Shown one piece after another: positions 20,568-30,931 of a DNA stretch of 64,000 bases. The notes under the pieces are model-generated. The model was not told the origin of the DNA. It was given only the letters and a program-made list of their open reading frames with translations, and ran no database searches. The stretch is from NCBI GenBank assembly GCA_037443185.1, contig JBBIOV010000003.1, forward strand, positions 5,458 through 69,457, read 5' to 3'. The stretch comes from a bacterium. Lineage in GTDB: Bacteria; Patescibacteriota; Minisyncoccia; 2-01-FULL-47-10; JBBIMT01. Made by a program: the position numbers and the translations under genes. Positions within the stretch are counted from its first letter, which is position 1. Each line of letters begins with the position of its first letter.

Positions 20568-21719
20568 ATGTGGAATAAATTTTTAGCGATTAGTACTTTA
20601 ATTGGCACAATTATCGGCGCCGGAATTTTTGGTTTGCCTTATGCTGCTTTAAAATCGGGATTCGTTATTTTTATATTAGAGCTGGTGGTTTTATTTTTTA
20701 TAGTTTTTATTTTACATCTTTTTTATGGAGAAGTTGTCATTAAAACTTCAGGAAAGCATAGACTTGTAGGATATGTAGAAAAATATTTAGGAAAAAAAGC
20801 TAAAAAGATTGCTTTTATCAGTTCTTTATTTGGGCTTTATGGAACATTGCTTGTATTTTTGTCTCTGGGAGGAAAATTTACAGCCACTCTTTTTAATTAT
20901 TATTTTTCGTTTGATAATTATTTAGTTAGTTCTTTAATATTTTATTTTTTCTGTGCAATGGCAGTTTTTTTTACGATTAGATGGATTGTTTCTCTTGAAC
21001 TTTTTTTCTCTGGCGTACTTTTTTTAATTATTTTGATATTGACCGGATTGCTCGCTGATAAAATCGTTCCATCAAATCTTGAAGGTTATAATATCCAAAA
21101 TATTTTTTTACCTTATGGCATTATTCTTTTTGCTTTATCAGGCGCAACAGCTATCCCTGAACTTAAAGAAATAATTCATAAAGATTTTTTTAAGATAATT
21201 TTTTGGGGCACTTTTATTCCAGCGGTAATCTATTTTGTTTTTACTTTAAGCGTACTTGGTTTTACGGGAGCGGAAACCTCAAAAAATGCGATTGATGGTT
21301 TATTGTTAAAATTTGGCAATGGCATTATTATTTATCTTGCGACATTGGGGCTTATTTCTATATTTACCTCTTTTATTACCCTTGGGGATACCTTAAAAAA
21401 AATATTTTGGTATGATTTAAAAATTAATCATTTTCAAAGCTGGTTGTTAGTTGTCATTATACCACTTATTTTATTTCTCTTGAAATTTCAAGATTTTATT
21501 ATCATAATGGAAATAGTTGGTTCGGTAACCATTGCAATTGAAGGATTTTTTATCATTGCTTTGCACCAAAAAATTCAATCTTTTAATCAGCATTTCTTTA
21601 GGTCTTCTTACAGTGTACCTGGGGGGCATTATTTAAGATGGATAATTTTATTTCTATTGATGTTTGGTTCTTTTTTATCAATATTGGAAATTATAAGCCA
21701 ATTTTTTAATAATCATTAA
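20568..21719 (+). CDS. Amino-acid permease, HAAAP-like (aromatic/hydroxy amino acid transporter family)
   Basis: ~11 TM segments. The N-terminal ..LIGTIIGAGIFGLPYAALKSG resembles TnaB/TyrP/SdaC-type transporters. Confidence 0.45.
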   Translation: MWNKFLAISTLIGTIIGAGIFGLPYAALKSGFVIFILELVVLFFIVFILHLFYGEVVIKTSGKHRLVGYVEKYLGKKAKKIAFISSLFGLYGTLLVFLSLGGKFTATLFNYYFSFDNYLVSSLIFYFFCAMAVFFTIRWIVSLELFFSGVLFLIILILTGLLADKIVPSNLEGYNIQNIFLPYGIILFALSGATAIPELKEIIHKDFFKIIFWGTFIPAVIYFVFTLSVLGFTGAETSKNAIDGLLLKFGNGIIIYLATLGLISIFTSFITLGDTLKKIFWYDLKINHFQSWLLVVIIPLILFLLKFQDFIIIMEIVGSVTIAIEGFFIIALHQKIQSFNQHFFRSSYSVPGGHYLRWIILFLLMFGSFLSILEIISQFFNNH

Positions 21720-21729
21720 TTTTACTCAA

Positions 21730-22269
21730 ATGAAATTTTTATCATTTTCTCGTCAAATTATTTCAAAAGGAGCTTTGCCATTAAAAAAAATATTAAAATT
21801 AACAAAAGGTTCAAAATCAATAATTCTTTGTCCTAAATGTAATGCTGTCTTTTTTGAAAAGTCTTGGAAACATTTAAATGATAATCTTTTAAAATTCATA
21901 GAAGAAAATTCTCAAAAATCAAAAATATTAAAAAAGCTCTGCCCAGCTGATCAGATGATTGAAAATTGTCGCTTTGAAGGGGAAATAATAATAAAAAATT
22001 TACCCTCCAATCAAAATAGAAGACAAGAAATTTTAAACATTATTAAAAACATTGCCCAAAAAGCTTATGAACGAGATCCATTGGATAGACTAATCTCTAT
22101 TGAAGATAAAGGAGTTTTCTTGCGAGTTCTTTTAACAGACAATAATTTGGCTTTAAGTATGGGCAAACAAATTGTACATGCTTTTAAAGGAAGTTTCAAA
22201 GTTCATTTTTCAAGATTAAGAAAATTAGCACATGTGGAAATTAACCTTGAGCAAAAAAATCCCGCTTGA
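21730..22269 (+). CDS. Hypothetical protein
   Basis: 179-aa ORF with a single CPKC motif and no recognisable domain. Confidence 0.3.
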   Translation: MKFLSFSRQIISKGALPLKKILKLTKGSKSIILCPKCNAVFFEKSWKHLNDNLLKFIEENSQKSKILKKLCPADQMIENCRFEGEIIIKNLPSNQNRRQEILNIIKNIAQKAYERDPLDRLISIEDKGVFLRVLLTDNNLALSMGKQIVHAFKGSFKVHFSRLRKLAHVEINLEQKNPA

Positions 22270-23578
22270 GATTTTAGAAAAGATTTTGTTGACTGTTTTG
22301 ATATTTACCATTCCTTTTAATACACGCAAATTTATTTATAGCGAATTAAAAGGAAATGATTTTTTTACGATTTTTATTTATTTAAGCGATATTTTATTAT
22401 TATTAATTTTTGCTCTAAGAATCTGGCGAGGTAATTTAGCCAAATTGAAATTTGATGGAGTTGTTTTGCTTGTTTTAGGATTTCTGATAGTAACTTTTTT
22501 CTCTTTATTAATCCATTATAATTTTTTATCTTTTTACTATTTTTTTAAAATAGTCCTTGGCATTTTATTATTTTTTTACATTTATTTTTATTTTGAAAAA
22601 GATTGGGGCAGTTTTTTGTTAAGAATTTTTATTTTCTCTGCTGTGTTGCAAAGCTTAATTGCGATTGGACAATTTTTTCTCCAAAGCGATTTTGGTTTAA
22701 AAATTTTAGGCGAACCTCAGTTAGCACCTGATGTCGCTGGGGTAGCTAAAATAAATACAGATTTGGGAAAATTTATTAGGGCTTATGGTACTTTAGTGCA
22801 TCCTAATGTTTTGGGAGCTTTTTTGATAGCGTCAATAGCAGCGCTTGTGTATAAAATGTTTTTTTTAAAAAAAAGCAAAATAGATTATTTATTCTTAACT
22901 CTTATCATCGGAGCGCTTTTTTTTAGTTTTTCTCGAGCGGCATATTTGGCTTTTTTCATTTTTAACTTTTTGCTTTTATTTTATATTATAAAATTTTATA
23001 GAGTTTGGCTTAAAAAAAATTATTTTTATATCCCAGTGATTTTAGTAGTTATTTTTTTGCTAATATTGTTTTTTAAACCATTTTTTATAGACAGATTTCA
23101 TTTAGAAAAAGACGATAGTTTAAGATGGCGTTCTTTTTATAGTAGGATAGCGGTAAATATGATAAAAAATAATTTTTTATTAGGGGTAGGTCCTGGTAAT
23201 TTTGTAAGAAAATTGAATAATTATACAGACAAACCGTTAAAAAATTTCTGGGAATTCCAACCAGTTCATAATGTTTTTTTGTTAATTTCAGCTGAAAATG
23301 GACTGTTGGCGTTAGTTTTTTTTGTTGTTTTTTTCTTTTATTGTATTTTGCATCTGCTGAAAAGTGCTATAAAAAATAAAGATTTAACAGCTGCTTTTTT
23401 ATTTTGTCTATTAATGTCTTTTTTTATTTTAATGCTTTTTGATCATTATTTTTGGTCGATTTGGCAAGGATTTTTGCTTTTGTGTATAACTTTGGGGATG
23501 ACTTGTAGATATCTTTTTTATTTAAAGCAAAACAATGTAAATTTTCAAAGCCCGAACTCAATTAAAACGATGATCTGA
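22232..23578 (+). CDS. O-antigen ligase (Wzy_C)-like polytopic membrane protein
   Basis: ~11 TM segments with a central loop ..FSFSRAAYLAF.. and ..LLGVGPGNF.. as in the O-antigen ligase/Wzy_C family. Confidence 0.55.
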   Translation: MWKLTLSKKIPLEILEKILLTVLIFTIPFNTRKFIYSELKGNDFFTIFIYLSDILLLLIFALRIWRGNLAKLKFDGVVLLVLGFLIVTFFSLLIHYNFLSFYYFFKIVLGILLFFYIYFYFEKDWGSFLLRIFIFSAVLQSLIAIGQFFLQSDFGLKILGEPQLAPDVAGVAKINTDLGKFIRAYGTLVHPNVLGAFLIASIAALVYKMFFLKKSKIDYLFLTLIIGALFFSFSRAAYLAFFIFNFLLLFYIIKFYRVWLKKNYFYIPVILVVIFLLILFFKPFFIDRFHLEKDDSLRWRSFYSRIAVNMIKNNFLLGVGPGNFVRKLNNYTDKPLKNFWEFQPVHNVFLLISAENGLLALVFFVVFFFYCILHLLKSAIKNKDLTAAFLFCLLMSFFILMLFDHYFWSIWQGFLLLCITLGMTCRYLFYLKQNNVNFQSPNSIKTMI

Positions 23579-23628
23579 CGAAAATAAATTATTGTTTTAA
23601 TAATATTTGTAGAATATAATTATTAGTA

Positions 23629-25980
23629 ATGATGATAATATTTATATTATTTATTTTATTTTTTTTGCCTTTTTTTGCTCTTGGAGCGCCACCACAAATT
23701 TTATCATTTGATATCCAAGAAAGTGGCCCTTTTTATCAAGGACAGACAATTACCTTTAAATATAACATTTGTGATTCTGACAATGATATCACGGAAGCTT
23801 CTTTGTCTTATGGCGACGGCATAGTCGATTTTTTAAATTTTCAAAATTGTCTTTTAAGCCAACAAACTCATCTTTTTCAAACAAGCGGACTTTTCACTGT
23901 TACTTTGCGCGCAAAAGATAGTAGCGGTAACCAAATCACTCAAACGAAAAATATTGAGATTTTAATAAATTTCCCACCTGAGATTAAAAAATTTTCTTTT
24001 TCTTCAAAAAGCGTTTTTTCTTCAGGAGGAACAATTTTTTTTGAAATTATTGCCTGTCCCCCTGATAAAAACGATGTTCTTGCCGGCTTTATTGATTTTG
24101 GAGATAACACTAATTTAAGTTTTAGCCCCAAATGCGAGTTATCAAATCCAACCATTATTGCGCATCAATATTTAGGTCCTGGTATTTATCCAATTAAATT
24201 AATAGTTCAAGATGCGCGCGGATTAAGATCAGAAAAATCTTTAAAAATTACTATAAAACCTCCTTTAGGCGTAAAGGTAAATTTTCCTCCAGAAATTAAA
24301 CGCTTTTCTTTATCTTCAAAAAGTCAGCTATTTACCGGTGGGATTGTGTATTTTGAAATCAATATTTGTGATCCCAATGATACTAATTTTATTGCCGCAA
24401 GTCTTGATTTTGGAGATGGGCAGATTCAAAATTTTACTCCAACTTGTGACGCGGTGACTCCTACTATAATTACTCATCAATACTTTAGTGCTAAAAATTA
24501 TAAAGCAAAGTTAACTGCTCAAGATCAATTTGGATTGAAAACTGAAAAATTGCTTAATTTTACAATCAAGAGTCAAAATATCGTACAACCTAATTTTCCC
24601 CCGGAAATAAAACGATTTAATATTTCCTCGCGCAGTCAATTTTTCCCAGGAGGAATCGTTTATTTTGAGATTAATGTTTGTGATCCTAATATTTCGGATT
24701 TGGTAGCGGCAAATTTAGATTTTGGAGATGGCACAAATCAAAGTTTTACGCCAAGTTGTTTAAGTTCAGAACCAAATATTCTCTCTCACCAATATTTGCT
24801 TTCTAATAACTACAAAGCCACATTAACAGCTAAAGATCAAGCAGGGCTACAAAGTCAGAAATCTTTATATTTTACTATAACTATTCCTGGTAATCGTGTG
24901 CCAGTAGCAAATTTTAGTTTCACTCCATCAGCGCCTCAAGCTGAATCTACGGTATATTTTATTGATAAATCAACTGATAATGATAAGGTATCTTCCATTA
25001 CCTCTTGGCAGTGGGATTTTGGAGATGGATTCACCTCAACAGTGCAACATCCTACTCATACTTATGCCAAAAGCGGGAGTTATAAAGTATCTTTAGTAGT
25101 TAAAGATAGCGGCAATCTAAGCTCGCGTGCTGAAAAAATTATAAGTATAAAAGATGTGCCCAATAACCCACCAATTGCCAATTTTACTTTTTCGCCACAA
25201 TATCCCAAAATAAATCAAATTATTTATTTTACTGATAAATCTTATGATAATGATAAAGAACGCGGTGGCTATATCAAGTCATGGTACTGGTCTTTTGGCG
25301 ATGGAGAAACATCAACATTACAACATCCAACTAAAATTTACAACAAAAGTGGCAATTTTAAAGTTCGATTAACTGTTACAGATAATGGTGGTTTAAGCTC
25401 TTCTTTTTCTCAAAATATTTCTATTCCTTTAGGCGGTATCATAACCCAATTTAAAAAATCTGGCAAAGCTCATCAATCAATTGATAAAAATTATATCATC
25501 AAAAATGGGGATCTTGTTAAAGAAAGCTCAAGCGGAAAAATTTGGCATATCATTAATAATAAAAAGCACTGGATACCAAATGAAGAAATATTCAATCTTT
25601 ATGGTTTCTCATTTGACCAAATTCGTTTAGTTTCTTCTTCGCAGCTTGCTAAATTTAAACGAGCGGCTCTTTTAAAGAATCCTGTTGATGGAAAAATTTA
25701 CTATTTACATGCAGATGGTCGTAAACGTCACTTAAGGACCGCGCTGGTTTTTTTGTCTTATGGAAATAAATGGGAAGATGTGATAACGGTTTTGCCTGAA
25801 GAATTAGAAAGTTATCCGGATATAATGTTTATTAAATTGTCCGGTATTCCCAAAATTTTTATGATTGAAAATGGAGTTAAAAGACCAATTATCAATCCCG
25901 ATTCAGTTGCCAAGTCTGAAGCGGTTTTTGTTAATAAAATTGAATTTAATGCCTATCTTAATGGTCCTCCTATTGATTAA
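23629..25980 (+). CDS. Secreted multi-repeat surface protein with PKD-like domains and a C-terminal globular region
   Basis: Signal peptide, then three ~105-aa repeats (NFPPEIKRFS.SS.S.F..GGIVYFEINICDPN...DFGDG..Q.FTP.C....P.I..HQY) and two PKD repeats (W.WDFGDG.TST.QHPT..Y.KSG.YKV.L.V.D.G.LSS). Confidence 0.65.
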   Translation: MMIIFILFILFFLPFFALGAPPQILSFDIQESGPFYQGQTITFKYNICDSDNDITEASLSYGDGIVDFLNFQNCLLSQQTHLFQTSGLFTVTLRAKDSSGNQITQTKNIEILINFPPEIKKFSFSSKSVFSSGGTIFFEIIACPPDKNDVLAGFIDFGDNTNLSFSPKCELSNPTIIAHQYLGPGIYPIKLIVQDARGLRSEKSLKITIKPPLGVKVNFPPEIKRFSLSSKSQLFTGGIVYFEINICDPNDTNFIAASLDFGDGQIQNFTPTCDAVTPTIITHQYFSAKNYKAKLTAQDQFGLKTEKLLNFTIKSQNIVQPNFPPEIKRFNISSRSQFFPGGIVYFEINVCDPNISDLVAANLDFGDGTNQSFTPSCLSSEPNILSHQYLLSNNYKATLTAKDQAGLQSQKSLYFTITIPGNRVPVANFSFTPSAPQAESTVYFIDKSTDNDKVSSITSWQWDFGDGFTSTVQHPTHTYAKSGSYKVSLVVKDSGNLSSRAEKIISIKDVPNNPPIANFTFSPQYPKINQIIYFTDKSYDNDKERGGYIKSWYWSFGDGETSTLQHPTKIYNKSGNFKVRLTVTDNGGLSSSFSQNISIPLGGIITQFKKSGKAHQSIDKNYIIKNGDLVKESSSGKIWHIINNKKHWIPNEEIFNLYGFSFDQIRLVSSSQLAKFKRAALLKNPVDGKIYYLHADGRKRHLRTALVFLSYGNKWEDVITVLPEELESYPDIMFIKLSGIPKIFMIENGVKRPIINPDSVAKSEAVFVNKIEFNAYLNGPPID
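23965..24905 (+). repeat. Intragenic tandem repeat, 3 x ~315 bp at ~70-75% identity, encoding the PKD-like repeats
   Basis: Units beginning aatttcccacctgagattaaaaaatt, aattttcctccagaaattaaacgctt and aattttcccccggaaataaaacgatt align along their whole length. Confidence 0.6.
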
Positions 25981-26036
25981 ATTTCAAGTTAGGATTATAA
26001 TTATATTAAAACAAAATAATAATTAATTTTTTAAAT

Positions 26037-26420
26037 ATGATGCCACATATTTCTTATGAAAAATATTCTACAATATTTATTATTATCTCGCTTGCGTTAA
26101 TAACTATTATTTTGCTTTTGCAGACACTTGATATAAATTTTAGTTTTTCATTTGGGTTAAAATCAGCGCTTGAGAAAATAAATCAATCATTAAATGACAT
26201 CAACAATTCTGTAAATGAACTTCAAACTAATTTAAATCAGCTGAATATGTCGATGATGCCGCCTTCCCCTCCGGAAATATATTTTAACAGTGATATCGCT
26301 GAGGCGTCTGATGCAGATGTATCTGATTTTTCTGAGGGATGTGATCTTGAAGGACTAACTGATGTAGAAATAGAAAATTTAACCGATGAAGAACTTCAGG
26401 TTTTATGTCCGGGTTTTTAA
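26037..26420 (+). CDS. Hypothetical small membrane-anchored protein with an acidic C-terminus
   Basis: N-terminal TM, a short coiled-coil-like segment and a PPSPPE linker, then a D/E-rich tail. No known domain. Confidence 0.35.
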   Translation: MMPHISYEKYSTIFIIISLALITIILLLQTLDINFSFSFGLKSALEKINQSLNDINNSVNELQTNLNQLNMSMMPPSPPEIYFNSDIAEASDADVSDFSEGCDLEGLTDVEIENLTDEELQVLCPGF

Positions 26421-26438
26421 AAATAACTTTATTTTTAT

Positions 26439-27131
26439 TTAGGTTCCAAAACGTCTAAATCTATTTTCAAACCATTTGATTGCTTGATCAAAATCCTTGC
26501 TTGAAAATTCAGGCCAAAATTTTTCAATAAAATAAATTTCTGAATAAACACTTTGCCAAGTTAAAAATCCTGAAAGTCGTTGTTCTCCGGATGTTCTGAT
26601 TATTAAATCTGGATCTTGAATACCAGCTGTGTCTAAATAATTGGAAATTAATGCTTCATCTATTTTATCAGCACTTATTTTTTCTTGAACAATTTTTTTA
26701 AAAGCTCTAACTAACTCATCTCTACCTCCGTAACTTAAAGCAATATTTAAAAAATGATTGCTATTTTTTTTTGTTTTATCCATAATTTCCAGCATTTTTT
26801 TTTGCATTTTAAAAGGAAACCTTTTTAAATCACCGATAAATCGTATCTGAATTTTATATTTTTCATTCTCTGCTTCTCTTTTTTTCATTTCATTTACAGC
26901 ATGATTGAAAATTTTCATCATATAAGTCACTTCTTCTTTGGGACGGCCCCAGTTTTCAGTAGAAAAAGCGAAAAAGGTCAAAGCTCTAATTTTTTTTTCT
27001 TTGAAAGCATATTCAGTAATTTTTTTGAAATTTTCGTACCCTTTTTTATGCCCTTGCATAAGTGGCAAGTTATTCTTTCTTGCCCAGCGACGATTGCCAT
27101 CCATTATGATACCGATATGTAAATTAGACAT
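26439..27131 (-). CDS. uppS: Undecaprenyl-diphosphate synthase (isoprenyl transferase)
   Basis: HIGIIMDGNRRWA...FFAFSTENWGRPKEEV...IRTSGEQRLSGF is canonical UPPS. Confidence 0.85.
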   Translation of the reverse strand: MSNLHIGIIMDGNRRWARKNNLPLMQGHKKGYENFKKITEYAFKEKKIRALTFFAFSTENWGRPKEEVTYMMKIFNHAVNEMKKREAENEKYKIQIRFIGDLKRFPFKMQKKMLEIMDKTKKNSNHFLNIALSYGGRDELVRAFKKIVQEKISADKIDEALISNYLDTAGIQDPDLIIRTSGEQRLSGFLTWQSVYSEIYFIEKFWPEFSSKDFDQAIKWFENRFRRFGT

Positions 27132-27278
27132 AATTTGAAAAGTTGTTTAAGATGTTTAATTATTAGAATTATCTGACATTTTTTTTAAAGATATCAGATT
27201 CTGATTTAGGGTTTTAAAATATTATTTGTGTTGTATCAGCAAGTAAACTTAAGTTGAAATAAAATATTTAATTTATTG

Positions 27279-28799
27279 TTATTCAAATAAATGCTTTATT
27301 TCGCTTGTAATTGTCATTTTTTCGTATCCCCAAGACAATCTTTTTTCTAAAGCGCCAGTAGGTAATTTTTCAAAAGTATCAAGTCCCAATACTTTTCTTA
27401 TTTTAAAAGAGGTCTCTGGCATAAGAGGGAATATTAGTATAGATAAAAGTCTTAAATTTTCAATCGAAAAATTAATAATATTTTTTAATTTAGGCTCATC
27501 TATCTTTAAAGACCAGGGTTTTTCTCTATCAAATAAAATATCCACTAATGTAATATTGTGTAGTATAGCCGAAATTGCTTTTTCAGTATCTATGGTTTTT
27601 ATTGCCTCGAAATAATTGTTGATATTTTGGATAACCTGTTTTTGTAAATCAGGAAAATCTTCTTTTGAAGGATTGATATTTTTAATGTTGTGTTTTAAAG
27701 CCACTGTTAATACTCGGCTAAATAAATTCCCTAATCCAAATTTTAAATCAGCATTATAAGTATCTTCTAATTTTTTCATCTGGATATCACTATCATTTTC
27801 TCTGGGAAGAGACTTTAAAAGTAAATAGCGCGTGCCATCAACTCCGAATTTATCAATTAGTTCAGAAGGACTTATTATATTGCTTAAAGATTTAGACATT
27901 TTTTTCCCTTCTACTGTGAAGAAGCTATGAACAAAGAGCGCTTGCGGTGGTTTTAATCCTACAGCTAGTAAAAGTGCTGGCCAAATAATACAATGAAAAC
28001 GAGCAATATCTTTGCCAAGCAAATGTAAATTAGCAGGCCAAAACTGATAAAACATTTCTTCATTTTGTCCAAATCCAATAATACTGATATAATTAATTAA
28101 AGCGTCAATCCAAACATAAGTTATTTGATTTTGATCAAAAGGTAAAGGTATGCCCCAAAAAACGCTTTGACGCGAAATAGAAACATCTTTTAGTCCTTGA
28201 TTCAAAAAACTTAAAATTTCGTTTTTGCGATTTTCTGGAAAAATATATATCTGATTAGAAGCAATTTTTTCTTTTAAAATGTCTGAAAATCGAGAAAGCG
28301 CAAAAAACCAGTTTTCCTCTTCAATTAGCTTTACAGGCTGTCGATGGATTTTGCAATTTCCATTTTCATCTAAATCAGTTTTTTCATAAAAAGATTCACA
28401 ACCGTTGCAATAAAATCCTCTATAGCTACCTTTATATATATATTCAGAATCTTTTAACTTGGATAAAAATAAAATGACGGCTTTTTTGTGTCTATCTTCT
28501 TCAGTGCGGATAAAATCATCAAAACTGATATTTAAATTTTGCCAATTTTGTTTAAAATTAAGAGAGAGGATTTTCACAAAATCTTCAGGGGTTTTCCCTG
28601 CTAGGGCTGCGGCTTGGGCGATTTTTGAACCATGCTCGTCAGTACCTACGGCAAAAAATACCTTTTTGCCATCTAAACGATAAAAACGCGCTAAAAAATC
28701 CGCAGTTACAGTAGTCAAAGCGCTACCTATATGAGGTTTATCGTTGACATAATAAATGGGAGTGGTTATAAAAAAAGTGTTACTGCTTGTTTTTTCCAT
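27279..28799 (-). CDS. metG: Methionine--tRNA ligase
   Basis: FFITTPIYYVNDKPHIGSALTTVTAD (HIGH region), a Zn knuckle C..C...C..C, and KMSKSLSN. Confidence 0.9.
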   Translation of the reverse strand: MEKTSSNTFFITTPIYYVNDKPHIGSALTTVTADFLARFYRLDGKKVFFAVGTDEHGSKIAQAAALAGKTPEDFVKILSLNFKQNWQNLNISFDDFIRTEEDRHKKAVILFLSKLKDSEYIYKGSYRGFYCNGCESFYEKTDLDENGNCKIHRQPVKLIEEENWFFALSRFSDILKEKIASNQIYIFPENRKNEILSFLNQGLKDVSISRQSVFWGIPLPFDQNQITYVWIDALINYISIIGFGQNEEMFYQFWPANLHLLGKDIARFHCIIWPALLLAVGLKPPQALFVHSFFTVEGKKMSKSLSNIISPSELIDKFGVDGTRYLLLKSLPRENDSDIQMKKLEDTYNADLKFGLGNLFSRVLTVALKHNIKNINPSKEDFPDLQKQVIQNINNYFEAIKTIDTEKAISAILHNITLVDILFDREKPWSLKIDEPKLKNIINFSIENLRLLSILIFPLMPETSFKIRKVLGLDTFEKLPTGALEKRLSWGYEKMTITSEIKHLFE

Positions 28800-28937
28800 A
28801 AAATAATCATTTCAAATATACCAGATTTTTTAAAAATTGCAAAATAATCATTTTAAACAGCTATAATCGCTACATTTTTGCTATATTTATTTTAAAATTT
28901 ATTGAGCTAATAATTCATTGCATTAAAAAGTAATATT

Positions 28938-30026
28938 ATGATTAAAAAAACATTCTCTTTATTTCTTTTAGGAGGAACATTGGGGATATTTTTTTTGCTT
29001 TTTCTTATAAAAGTTAATTCTCAAACCTCTGCCTCAATATGGATAGATGCTCAAAGAATTTTTTTAAACGGTAATCCAAGATTTTTAGATGGCACTTTTG
29101 TTAATCCAAATACAACGCCATTACAAGTGGTGATTTTTGATACAAATAATATCCGTCCTGTAAGAAAACAACCTTTAGATAGCTCTTTGGCTTTTTCTGT
29201 TTCAATGCTTTCTTGTTCTGATGTTTTTTTCTATGAGAGTGTATTTTCAGGTAAAATCATAAATTCAGCTTCAATTTCTCCTGGCAATGGCATCTCAAGA
29301 GACTTAATCGGTAATAATTTTAAATTAATTAATTGCGATAGTAATTTAGGCGATTTTAATGAAGTACGACTTGATGGATCAACGGTCAAAATTTTTTCTT
29401 CATCTAAGATATTACCGCTTATAAATGGCGTGAATATCAATATGAATAATACACCACTTGCGGTGGTTATTTTTGATGGCCGAACTTTTTTAAGGAGAGT
29501 ACCTTTAGTTTCTAATAATGATTCTTTTAGTATTTTAGAAGTTCCCTGTCTAACTAATGCAAGATGGTATTATGAGACTTTGTCAACTCATATTCCGGTA
29601 AACAGCGGTTTTTTAAATGCTGGTCCTGGGATAATAAAAAATTTTGCCGGTCAAAATTTTCAATTGGCATCTTGTAATAATCATCCACCACCACCTCAAG
29701 GTTCTTCAGTTTATTTAAATGGAACGCAAATAACATTAAATCCTTATTCAAATCAAGTGACTTTGGTAAACGGCAGTATTGTTAGTCCTTATTCTAATCC
29801 TCTTGAGGCTGTGATTTTTGATTTATTTGGCAGAGGCATTAGCTATGTTGTTTGGCTTGATTCTAATTTATCGTTTAATCGATCCCTTATCCCGACAGTG
29901 GGAAATTATGTTTGGTTTTATAGATTGCGTGGTGGTGGTATGGCGGTAAATAGCGGTACTTTAAGTCCCGGAACTTGTATCTCCTATGATTTAACAGGCG
30001 GAAACTTTCGTTTGGTATGCAACTAA
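28938..30026 (+). CDS. Secreted hypothetical protein built from four ~85-aa internal repeats
   Basis: Signal peptide. The repeated pattern is NG..I.(N)..P..VVIFD.......P........F.V....C.......... ...N.G.GI...L.G.NF.L..C, with conserved Cys pairs. No known family. Confidence 0.4.
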   Translation: MIKKTFSLFLLGGTLGIFFLLFLIKVNSQTSASIWIDAQRIFLNGNPRFLDGTFVNPNTTPLQVVIFDTNNIRPVRKQPLDSSLAFSVSMLSCSDVFFYESVFSGKIINSASISPGNGISRDLIGNNFKLINCDSNLGDFNEVRLDGSTVKIFSSSKILPLINGVNINMNNTPLAVVIFDGRTFLRRVPLVSNNDSFSILEVPCLTNARWYYETLSTHIPVNSGFLNAGPGIIKNFAGQNFQLASCNNHPPPPQGSSVYLNGTQITLNPYSNQVTLVNGSIVSPYSNPLEAVIFDLFGRGISYVVWLDSNLSFNRSLIPTVGNYVWFYRLRGGGMAVNSGTLSPGTCISYDLTGGNFRLVCN

Positions 30027-30112
30027 TTTATTTAAGCCTTAATTGGCAAAATTAAATATTGCTTATTAATTAAAAAAATAGTAAAATTAAGGTAAATATA
30101 ACAAAAAACAGT

Positions 30113-30892
30113 ATGGCAAATAATAATTTACTTGAAAATATACCAAAAAATGTTTCGTGGGCTTTAACTATTTTTTTAATTTTAGTGTCGATTGGACAAA
30201 TTTTTTCAATTATTAATGAAATTAAAAAAGGACGTTATATTGGCCAAGAGTTTGAAAGAGTGCATACCATTACAGTATCTGGTAAAGGGAAGATTGAAAG
30301 AGTGCCAGATTTAGCTGAAATGACAATTTCAGTTTTTTCAAAAAGCTTTGATTTAAAAAAAGCGCAAGAGGAAAATAGCATTAAAGCTAACGCTATTATC
30401 AATTTTTTAAGTCAACAAGGCATTAAAAAAGAAGATATCAAAACAAGTCAGTATAATATTTATCCCCAATATGATTACTCGCAATATGGTAGAAAATTTT
30501 TAGGATATGAAATTCGTAATTCTTTGAATGTTAAAGTTCGTGATTTTGGAAAAATAGGTTTAATCATCGAAAAAGCTGTGGAGCTTGGGGCTAATGAAGT
30601 TTATAATTTAATTTTTACTATTGATAAAAAAGAAGAAGTTCAAAACGAAGCTCGTAAGAAAGCAATCGATAATGCTCGCGAAAAAGCTAAAGTTTTAGCT
30701 GATCAACTGGGTGTCGTTTTAGTTCGTATTACTAATTTTTCTGAAAATTCTGATTATGATCTTGAGCGGTCATTTTACATTACTGAAAAAACAGGTATAG
30801 TTGGGGGCAGTAACGAAATGCCGCAAATTGAGCCTGGTCAAAATGAAATTAAATCAAGTGTATCGATTACTTACGAAATAGCAACAAAATAA
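30113..30892 (+). CDS. SIMPL-domain (DUF541) secreted/periplasmic protein
   Basis: N-terminal TM, then ITVSGKGKIERVPDLAEMTISV...IKTSQYNIYPQYDY...GYEIRNSLNVKVRDFGKIGLIIEKAVELGANEV, the SIMPL/26-kDa periplasmic immunogenic protein pattern. Confidence 0.7.
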   Translation: MANNNLLENIPKNVSWALTIFLILVSIGQIFSIINEIKKGRYIGQEFERVHTITVSGKGKIERVPDLAEMTISVFSKSFDLKKAQEENSIKANAIINFLSQQGIKKEDIKTSQYNIYPQYDYSQYGRKFLGYEIRNSLNVKVRDFGKIGLIIEKAVELGANEVYNLIFTIDKKEEVQNEARKKAIDNAREKAKVLADQLGVVLVRITNFSENSDYDLERSFYITEKTGIVGGSNEMPQIEPGQNEIKSSVSITYEIATK

Positions 30893-30931
30893 AATTAGTT
30901 TGCTTACAAGATAATAAAAAAATAAAGTTCA

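Noticed and set aside
23629-25980. Whether the tandem ~315-bp repeats could be a CRISPR-like or other non-coding array.
   Set aside because: The repeats are long, divergent and in-frame within a single continuous ORF encoding PKD-like domains. They are protein-coding tandem duplication.
27132-27278. Weak hairpin atctga...tcagat downstream of metG as a terminator.
   Set aside because: The 6-bp AT-rich stem has a large loop and is not convincing.
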